Source: Lingula anatina
Taxonomy: Eukaryota; Animalia; Brachiopoda
Assembly (NCBI GenBank): GCA_051362555.1
Contig: CM120647.1
Coordinates: 17,212,651-17,276,650 of the forward strand
DNA length: 64,000 nt
Reading direction: 5' to 3'
A program made the translations under genes and the position numbers. Position 1 is the first letter of the stretch, and each line of letters begins with the position of its first letter. Below the pieces are notes generated by a model. That model was given only the letters and a program-made list of their open reading frames with translations, had not been told where the DNA came from and searched no databases. This document shows, one piece after another, positions 38,009-49,300 of the stretch.

Positions 38009-41000
38009 GTTCGTGTGTGTGTGTGTGTGTGTGTGTGTGCTGGATTGTTTGTGCCTTTGCGAACTTTCGCTCATTCCAAAGCTGATCATATGCCATTCCA
38101 ATGAGTCACGATCTGATTCCTGGTTCTAGGCATTCAGTACAACGCAGCGAAGGCCGGTTGGTTCACGGGCTTAAGGGACCCATTTGGTGCCAAGCAGCAC
38201 ACCTGGAGCGACGGACACCTGTTGACATGGAAACCACACAGTATCCAAGGAACAGCCAATCAGTGCGTGCAGTTAAAGAGATACCACACAAATGGCAATT
38301 CCTACAACGCTGTGTCGTACCACTGGTCTTACGTCAGCTGCACGTCCTCTTTGCCTTACATATGTAAAATACCAAGAGGTGCGTATGGCATGCAGGGATG
38401 TTATTTTTTTACACTATCGGCGGATTTCTGACTTTTTGGGGACAGAATATCAGTTTTGAGATGGACGCAGATCTGAATTAAAACTGTATTTTGTATTAAG
38501 TTCATTCTGTCATATACTAGAAGTACTGGTGAATGCAAGGTGATATCCTTAAGTGTGGCACCTGTCTACCTTAAAAAGGCATCGGTAATTCCAGGGGCGG
38601 ATTCAGGCCGTCTTCTGGGTCCTCCGTAAGACGGTCAGATTTTCAAGTTTACATTGACGGGTACCTACTTTTTTCTGTCAGAAGACGGTCAAAAGATGGA
38701 TCAACAAATATGATATGAAAGTCTGTCAGAAAATATATCTGGACCCGCCCCTGATTTCTGCAAAACTACATAGATTCAAAATGATTATATATACAGTGAC
38801 ATGAGCATGTAAAACAAAATAGAGGCCTATCAAAATATCTGGAAATGGTTTCTCTAGCATACTGTAATGTCAAACGTTGTGGAATTTATAAATAGTGGTG
38901 ATACGTTCATTTTTTGAACCCCACGACTGTCTCTCAACCAGTACTCTTTTCCCCCCTATCTAGACGTCATCGGCTGTGTTCCCAAACCGCCAGATTCAAA
39001 ACAGACCCTCGTGAAGTACGCAGGCGCAATGAGCAACTCCCTCTGTCGGCAGATCTGCCGTGGCCAGAACAGCACCTATGCCGCCACCAATGCTAATTTA
39101 TGTACATGTTATAATGACCTCACCCAGAGCGAGCGCCAGGCCGTGGCTAAGGCTGGCTGTAGCGTCCAGTGTCCAGGCAATGACGGACAGAGATGTGGAC
39201 ACGCGTCTCCGGAGAGGGTGACATTAAATGACGTCGGTACGTACAAGGAAATAAGATGGACTTACGTTAAGCATGTAAAGATGGATTTGATTAACGCATT
39301 TAAACAAAAGATGCCATTTGTCACCACAAACTAGTCACTGCATTAATGGTGACTAAATACATTTAAGTTTACTTACATTCTCATTGATTTTTATTCTTTT
39401 TAGAAATGAAAAGCACGGGTCTTGATTGACATATAGAAATCGTTACGTATGTCATTTTAACAACAACTATCTGCCATAACTATAAACTGATTTTATATAT
39501 AACAATTTAATAACAAAGATCATTGACTGCAGTGCCAAGAAAATACAATGAAGATGTAATTATATATACTAGTGTGAGTGTAAATTACCCATATCTGTGT
39601 CCATATCCAAGGTGTCACGTGCCCAGCGGATTGGGTCCTGGAGAATGACCGTTGTTATTACCATGACAACAGTACCTGGGTCAAGTATTATGACGCCTAC
39701 CTACATTGTAGAGACTATGGGGTGGGCGGGACTATCCTCAGTGTGAACACCCAGGCGGAGAGCGATTTCAGCAACACGTACGTACATGTAATATTCGCTA
39801 CATTACGATGTCTACCTGTTAGGGCCTCACTCGCACTTGAAGGGGGGGTTGGGTTTGTGGTAAAGTTATACTAACGTGGGTGTCAGGTGTTGTTAAGGTG
39901 TAATAAAGCAAGGGGGCAGTTTTATTGTTTGCCATTCAAATATGTGCTACAGTAGCTACATGTCTATGGCGTACACATATAACACCCCTGAGTATAGTTC
40001 TGATTAAATCCCTTTCTTGTAATAAACGAAGGATGCGTCTTTTTACAGACTCAATATCAGCGACACGTGGATAGGTCTGTCTAAGTTGACAGCGTCCTCC
40101 TCCTGGAAGTGGGACGACGGAAGCAGTGCCTCGTGGACCAACTGGGCCGCCAACCAGCCAGGGACGGAGAAGTGTGTTACTCAGAACGAGACTGGGAGCT
40201 GGAGTACGACCCCTTGCTCTGAAACGCATCCGGTCACGTGTGAGAAACCGGCTGGTGAGTGATTTAATGCGCGTTTGTTTGTAAGAGAGAGAGAGAGGGA
40301 GAGAGATTTTATCTTCGACGAAAAAGGTAGTTGTATGTGAGGGCGCTTGAAGGTGTTAAGATGTCACGTAATTTCTCCGTTGTCTTTTATCTTAAAGCCC
40401 CTCTCCTCCCCCTCCCCCCTCCCCCCCCCCAAAAAAAAAAATAATAATAATAATAAAAATGGTAGGAAGAAAAACACTCATGATGTCAATTAAAATTTAG
40501 GAAGATAAACTCTAGCTGAACCGAACTGAACTTTAGCTAATATTCCACTGCGCAATGTCAAAACCTTTCTATCGGACTGTTGAATCTATAGGTTCACCGG
40601 ATGCGCTTCCGTCCACCTGTGACAACCTGTACAGCCAGAGGCTTACCCTCAGTGGGACGTACTTGCTGTCAGGAGGTCACGAGACGTGCGGGCTCACAGG
40701 TATGATAGAGATGCGTATAGAAATGCGTACAGTTGCAGGCGCCCATTTGTCTTCATATGCATGACTTTAACTGAATTTAAGAGTCGGGCAACTTATTGAA
40801 TTATTTTTTTGTATTTTATTTATAATGGGTGAGACGAAAAACTTTTTTGGGTCTTATTTTTTAAGATAAAAAATAAAGATGACATTGTTACATTTCAGAT
40901 TCGTCACGGTGCCCTGACGGTGTGTCATATGCCTTCGGAAGGAGTTGCTACGAGTTCGTGCTCAGCGGGCGCACGTTTGAGAGCGCGCGCCAGCACTGCG

Positions 41001-43289
41001 TGTCCCACGGTAAACAGTTGTACAGTCCTGACACGGGGGAGGACGCCGCCATGTTGAGAAACGCCATCTCCAAGATTACTGAGTTGGCCGAAGTGAATAA
41101 CTGGTAAGTCTTCTTGTTTTGTTAAATCTGTTTTAATAGCCAAACTCAACAACTCTCTCGGCATGCCTAGTCGTACTTAATTATACTATTTCTGTATAAT
41201 GTTCTAAAAGCAAAACAGGTGGATTAAAATTTTATTAGCGTTTCGTACCTATATCTGTTTTAACTTATTTTATTATGATTAAGACTTAAATCCTGAAATC
41301 ATTTCTGGTTAACCGCCATGTCTGTCATATAATTTTAAAGATCCATCTACTCTTTTTAAAAGCATGCTGTCACTGGTGTTAAAATGAAACATTTCTGTAA
41401 GGCACATAACAGCATTGATTTAACAGCTCATGGCGGTATCCATTCTAAAAAGTATTAAAATATATATTGCCTCAGGTTTATCGGTCTATATGATTTGGAC
41501 CTCGATCACCATTACACAACCACAGACGGGTCGGCGTTGTTCTACTACAACTGGGCGGCCTCGGAGCCTCGCTCTAACTACAAGCGCTGTGTACGGTGGG
41601 GGGACACTGGCACTTGGTTTAGCGAAGACTGCGCCACTTCTCTGCCATTTATATGCGAGACAAATTCGGGTACGTCTTCAAAAGTCAATGCGAATTTCTC
41701 AAATTATCTGACACTGTTAATTTTCCGACAAAGAATTGCCCGGTAGTGTAAGCTAGTAGGTAACAATATACATGTACATGACAGTGGCTGGAGATGCTGA
41801 GCAATTTTTAATCCATTTTTGTCCATCCCGACACTGCGATCCAACCCATTTGTACGCAAAACTGAACAAGGGGTCTGTACCATGGAAATTAACCAACGCC
41901 CATAAAATGTAATGCAGTGTGTAATGTATTCTCATAATTTTATTCGTCAAGAATAAAGATGGCACTCTTCTCTCACGGAAACATTATAAGCAATGAGCGG
42001 CACTGTACGTGAATAATTTATCAGACGTTTCAAATAAAAGACGTAACTTCCTCACTTCAATTCTACATCTTCCATTGAAAAAATGACAGATGTTCCGCTC
42101 TTATATTTTAAAGGGTACCAAGGTTGCTATAACGTTCCTTCATCAACATCCGGGTACCGGAACAAGGTGGTCTATCCGCGCATGACATTAATGACGTGTA
42201 GAAAGTACTGCCGCGGAGTAGAGAGGCCTCAGCTGTATGCCGGAGTGTCTGGACAAACCTGTTACTGTATGAGTTCACTGACGACCTCAAAAGTCGCCGA
42301 CTCAGCTTGCGATGCGGTCTGTCCTGGCAATCCGGTACAGACTTGTGGCGACAACGGAGTGATGACGGTGCTGGTGACAGGTATAGTTGATATGTACATG
42401 TTTGTTGCCTTTTGTATTTATGGATTCATGTGAATGCGTGTTTCTGTGTTTTTCGTGCGGTTGTGTAGTATTAAGATATACCTAGTACACTAATGTGCAG
42501 ACTTCGTTAACTTTTGGGCCATTTCATTCTCACGAGTAAATACCCTTATATTTTTCTTATAATCAAAATATATGCTCAGAAGATAAGATGATGTCTACCA
42601 CTATATGATAAGATAATGTTCCCTATTTCAGTCATGTATAATATACGGGAGGCATCCTGCGAGGACCTATACAACCAAGGTGTCGTAATGCCCGGATGGT
42701 ACCGCATATTTCCGCGAGGACACGGGAGCATGGCGCGAGTCTATTGTCATGGTCAAGGTAACTCGATATTTTCACGAATTATCAAGCAGTAGGTAGGATT
42801 TCATCCACAAAATATGCCTTGACACAAAACTGGATTGTAAATGTCAGGTCAATTCACAACAACAAAAACTAGACCATCATGTCTTTTTCACCATTTTACC
42901 TCCCCTAAAAGATATATTAGGGCTCATAGCGTTAAGTTTAGTTATTTTTCATTCTTTCAAAGCTAGGAGATGCCAAAAGTATAACAAACTTGTACTCACT
43001 TGTGACTACTTATCATGATTTTTGATTCGCCTAGACTCGTTATAATCTGAAAAGCGCAGCGCCAGAAAATAACAAATACAAGTGATGTAGTTATCAGGGC
43101 ATCTGTTGTGCGTAAAAAGGGTATACGTTATTAATAAAAAAGTTAATATTTCCATTTCAGAAAGAGCAAATGATTTTCTTCTACCAAGCGTACAGGATAG
43201 TGACATCGCTGTCTCGTCATCTGAAGGAACAACAGGATCTGGTGCTATATCGTATGACGGCAGTTATGGAAGGCAAGCACCGTGCTGAT

Positions 43290-43372
<83 letters not shown>

Positions 43373-46300
43373 TACGTGTACACATGCAAGTAATGTATTT
43401 AATTTTACTTTCCGGTTAGAAATCGACCAACATCAGTTACCGTCGCTAACCGCCATTTACTTTTGCAGATTGTTTCAAGAGAGCGCTTCGTTATATGATG
43501 CCTGGCGGCCGGCAGAGAACGATAGCAACTCCTACGCATCTGTCACACTCCCTGAAGCATCCTATATTACCGGATTCGTCACAAGAAGTGAGTCCGCAAT
43601 CTTTATTTCAATTTCTTATTTACTTATCATTATGATGTAATAGGCACATTTTCTTCTCGTTAAAAAACACACAATCCATTGTCATCATCGAAAAATTTGG
43701 GCACTTATTAAAAGTACGATTTTTCCTGCCGACAAATCTGTAAGCTAGTCCTAGGCCCATCAGAAATCATGATAGGTAGTCGCAAGTGAGTACAAGTTTG
43801 TTATACTTTTGGCATCTCCTAGCTTTGAAAGAATGAAAAAATATTATTTGTGCAACATCCAATTCACCCGAATCACCTCATATTACTACTCAAATATACT
43901 ACCTGTCAGGAGTTTTATATACTTCTCTTGCATACACCTTTTTTGTCGCCTGTCGTTTTCAGAGCCCCTGAACTGGTTGGAGAAATTCCAACCTGCCACA
44001 AATGGATTCAACTTCCCGGTGCCCGAGCTTGACCTGTCCGGCTTGACCTCTCTGACCTTTGAAGTAAAGGCCTGTAAACATATTGGCATGCTTTTGACCA
44101 CAAGTGCGGGAGAGGCCGCTAGAGGCAGTCAAGGTTACAAAATCATGATAGACAGAGGCGGTGGAACCTCCATTATTCAACTAGATAAGGGGTCGGAGGT
44201 AAAAGTCAGCGTCACAAATACCAAGATTGCAGATTGTGCGGAATACAAGGCGTTCTGGGTGAGCTGGGCTAACGGTGTCATACGCGCAGGCGCCGGAAGA
44301 CGGGTTGGCACGGGAACAATTATGTCGTGGACGGACAGTCAAAGACGGTATACTGTGACGTCACTCGCACTGTTGACGTGGGGTAGTTTTCCGGGGCTTC
44401 ACTGGAGGTTTCCAATAACAGGTCGGAATATAATCGTACAATTCAGAGATAAAGTTGGTTGTATAAACATGTGCATCTTAAAACGAGTAATAACTTAAAG
44501 TGGTATTATTTACGTTTTTTCTTCCTTTTTTTTTTTTTTTTTTTTTTTTGTGATTAGTGAAAGACAGGATAACAATAAATACAATGAATATAAACAATAA
44601 TTATTAACCAATCAATGCGAAAAGCATCGGCGAAGTATCAAAGCAACGTCAAATCGTTTTAATGCGGTATTTCGAAAATAGTCTTGAATAATGCAAGAAA
44701 AGTCAAAATTTCCCCCTTTTTTGTTTCCAGAGCCCCAAGGATTGGTATACGCATTCATCCGTGCACCAGATTCGGGTGCTTCCAAAAGCCACGTTGCTGG
44801 TGTGGACCTTTCCAATTCCACTTTTCTCTCCTTCTCCGTCAGAGGTTGCTATAACGCCAATATCATGCTTGCCGAGAGCGCCACAGAGGCGGAAAGCGGG
44901 ACAGAAGGCTACTACATCATTATAGGAGGTTCGTCCGGAACCAGCGCTTCAATAAAACGCAGTTTTAGTCAATCTGGGTCAAATGCCGCAACGACGACGT
45001 CGTCTCGTCTTACAAACTGCACCGAGTACCTGTCTTACTGGGTGAGCTGGAGGGATGGGTTGATAGAGTTAGGAACGGGACAGCAGTATGGGGTTGGTAT
45101 GTAATGAAGTCTAATATGTATTTATGCTCCGATTACGGTAATTAGTTGTTTTTTTTTTCAATGGGCAAAAATATCAAACTTTCATATCCGTAATTTTTTA
45201 TAAACACATTAAATACATTTTATATAGTTTCCGTTTCCAGTGGTTTTATTAAATTGAATACAACTATAGACTAGATTGATTTTAAATTTTGCTGCTACCA
45301 TTCAATAAGAAACTTTGATATTAAGAAAGTATCACTTAAAAATACAGTATCTGTAAAATATACAAATTCCCACATTGAATAGATCAAGCAATCACCGTAC
45401 ATGCTGACAAACATGCAAGGGACCAAAGTGGTCAAATCACAGTGTATACACATTAATAAAAGCAATTTCTCTTATTTCACGAAAGGAAAATTTATGGCAA
45501 ACAATAACATTGACATACATATTTACATTGAGGGCTTATGAATGTTGATGGATATATAAATAATCATCATCATCATCATTTAGAGCCTATAGTGTTCCAC
45601 TGTTGGACAAAGGCCTCAGCAAATAAATAATAAGTCAACTATATTGCAAGTTGAATTTCGCATGAAGGTTGTTCATTGATCTAAATACATCTTTGATACT
45701 AGGTGCTTTCCTGAACTGGACTGATTCCAACCCCAGGACTGTCACAGCTTTAGCTATATCCACAAAAGCTGGCTCGTCAGGAATAGAATTTGAAATAAAC
45801 GGTTTGTGTTATGTTACGATATTTAGCTGTGTTGTGTTGAATCTCATCGCACGTATTGTATTTTTCATATTCTGTACACTATTATATTATATTATATTAT
45901 ATTATATTATATTATATTATATTATATTATATTATATTAAAAGATCAGCAACAGTAAAAACCTTTCACCTCAAAAATGTAACGTGGCACTTAATAGTTTC
46001 CGCTTTTAATTCATCGATCTTTTGAAAAATTATTGCACAGTGATAGCTTCACAACCACGTAAGGTTATAAAACGACTTTCTTGACAGAAAAATGACGGCA
46101 CTTTCTGAGACCCAATTAAATTGAAATGATTAATTTATCCTTGTCGTTTTTTTTTATTTTATTATTTTATTTTTATTTTTTGCGGCGCATTTTGATTATT
46201 CAAGTGTAAACAAAAAAGCTTGGGTTATCAACCACATTTTAAAGTCACTAGTTTTAAAGAGGTAGCAAATTCTACGTACATGTTCCGGGATCTTCTCTTG

Positions 46301-49300
46301 CTCATTCCCAATGAAGCTGTCGGTCTACGTAGATCGATCCAACTCCGCGGGGACTCTCGCTGAATGCAATCAGTTTAACATATAAACACGCCTCCTAATG
46401 TTTCCGTCGTACTCCAGTAATCGCCAGCCTTTTTGTATTCTACACAACGCCAGGACATGTGTTAATCTGATTGCATTCAGCGAGAGTCCCCGCAGAGATG
46501 GACAGATCTATGTATTCCAATAGTTTCAATGGAATGAGTTTACAATAATCGTTATATTAAATTAAGGCCAAAGAAACTGACGTTTACTTTTAATGCTATG
46601 TGTACCTTTTCTTCCCAGCCCCGGAGTCAACGCAAAGCTACAGTTCCAGACTTCTGTATGGTGATTCAGAAAACGATCTAACGTACTACCATGCCACTAA
46701 TGATAGCACACAAGCCGTCACGGTAATATGATTTAGGTTAAAAATTAATTGAAACTCGCAGTTGTATGCCCTATTCCAAATTTAAACAAGCATGGATTGC
46801 TACCGGATTTGAGTCACAAGGTATTGAAATCTCATATCAAGTTGAAAATAACAGTATTTTAGTGTAAAAAAGTGCTTTCAAATTGAAAACACCTGTATTG
46901 ATATATGTATGGTCACAAGCTATAGAAATGTTTTTGATTTGGTCAATGAAGAGAATAAATTAGCATTGATGGCCACAATTTTCAACAAACACCGAGTAAT
47001 CGTAACATCTGAATGAATGCCCACAAACATCCTCGCCTCTCTAATGAATACTCACACATCTATATAATACCATAACTTCAGTTCGACGGAAGCTCCGTGC
47101 CCTACCAACTGGTTTACCAATATCTAGAGAAGCCAAAGGTTGCAAAGCACGTCCGCCTGGAGTTTGACAACACAGACCGCGTGAGATTCGATATTCTTGG
47201 TGTACCGCTGTCTCAATTCGCACGTAAGATTATCATTGATGATTTCTAAAATCAAAAACCATATTGGTTTAAGAGAACGTCGCAGTTTATGGATAACTCA
47301 AAATATCAAAAGCGATTTGTTTTTTTAAACAATAATTAAAATTATTCAAATTAAGTTATCTGTGAATTTCGACAACTTAATTCATGTGACTGAAATATCC
47401 AAAACCGACACCTAGATATTAAAAAAAAACGTATTTTTATAACGTTACAGAGGACAAAGGCCATGTTGGCTGTTTCGTTGAGTCTGCTGATGGTACCGAC
47501 CTTGACCTTCCGTTCCTGGTGGGCAACCTGCCCAATGCCACGGCGTGCATGCTGTCGTGTGAGGCACAGGGATACAGATACGCGGGGATCGCTGGAGGTA
47601 ACGAGGTCCTTGCGAAAAAATTCAAAATTTGATTTTTTTTTCACGTGTTTTCATTAAGCCGGACAGGACGGACTATCTGAGTTAAATGCTGGTTTCCAAA
47701 ACAGCCCATCTGGATTAAATGTGGGTGACAAGTACGACTTATACGGGTCAAATGTGGGTGACTAGTGCGGCTTATATGGGATAAGTGTCAGTAGCCGGAA
47801 CGACCTATCGTGAGTTGCCAGTACGGGCTATTAGAGTTGTGTATCTAGTGACTTTGGGCACTAATTCGGTTTTTAGCAACACGATATCTTAGCAAATGGT
47901 CTTCACACATACGTCTTCTGGAACGTAAAAAATAAACAAAAAATTCATCTTGTGCAAAAACAACTTGGGCGTGTAGCTATTACTAAATTCTCTACATATA
48001 TTTTGCTTTAATTAAAAGTACTAATTAATCAGTTTATTTGTTTCCTCAGGTGTAAATTGTTCCTGTGGTACTACCATAGGGCGGTACGGGATGGTGAAGG
48101 ACTACGAGTGTAATGTACAGTGCCCTAACATGCCTGGCTACAAGTGTGGGGGAACGGGAAGGAACTCCATATACCAAATATGGGGTAGGTGACTCTGTAC
48201 AATATTACAGCGTAACTGCTGGTGACACGATTCGCTAGTTTTTCGCAAAATTTTTCGTTATGAATTTTCGATGCTTCCCTGGATTAACTGAAGTGGTTAT
48301 TTAGATATTTTACTAGATGTATGGACATTGAATTATAGCCAAAAAAGTTTAATCCCTTTGTCAGATGATTATACATATGTGCGGTACTGGAATTGGATCA
48401 CAGGTACACGTGTTTTATTTCATATTCAATTGTGATTAATTAACGGTATGGTTTTATTAATTTCGAACAGAGACAACATGTCCAGAAGTCCCAAGTGTCC
48501 AGTTCGCCACTCCTAACACCACGGACCGTGTCCACAACACTGTGGTCAGTTACACCTGCAATCCCGGCTACATCAAGCCTGAGGGATTCTACTCCGCGGA
48601 CAAAGTGGTCACGTGTCGTCAGACTACGTGGACGGGAGAATTACCCAGTCCATGCAGGCGTAAGAATATATATAAGCATAGATTTATGTTCGCTTTTTAT
48701 ACATTAGATTATTTTTATGGGTGCATTGTCGTCTTCTAGCGGCAACCATTCATAAATTTGGGGCGTCGTTAGGAGTTAAATGCTGTTTCTGACGTTAATT
48801 CTGACACGTGCGTTTTTTTTTCTTTCTTTCATTTTATTAGTACTGTAAAGCGATTCAGAGGGTGAAAAAAGATAATTTATCCTTAATTTTCCATTTTTGA
48901 CAATTAATAGTTGTAAAATACCCCCCCCCCCCCCACACACACACACACACACACCTCTTGAAATCTGCATTCGCCTGTAAGTCTCGCAACGGCCCTTACT
49001 CATCAAGTTTTTTTAATGTTCTTCATGTAACCTAGACGTACTCTTCTACATACCGACTTATTTCTATTTACATAGCAATAGAATGCAACAGCACTGTCCC
49101 CAGCCTGCCTCATTCCACTGTGAACTGGACAGACATAACTTACCTGAGCACTGCCACTTACACCTGTGACACGGGGTATGCTTTACCTGACGGCTCCACT
49201 ACGCATGTCGCTCACTGCCAGATCAGTGAAGAGTGGGGGCCGCTTAGGCACTGCCAACGTAAGTGTTTATTCTGTTAGAGATATTTATACAGAAATATGT

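Noticed and set aside
43963-45801. An independent farnesoic acid O-methyltransferase enzyme gene
   Set aside because: No start codon of its own and no SAM-binding motif; the exons are phase-compatible internal modules of gene B.
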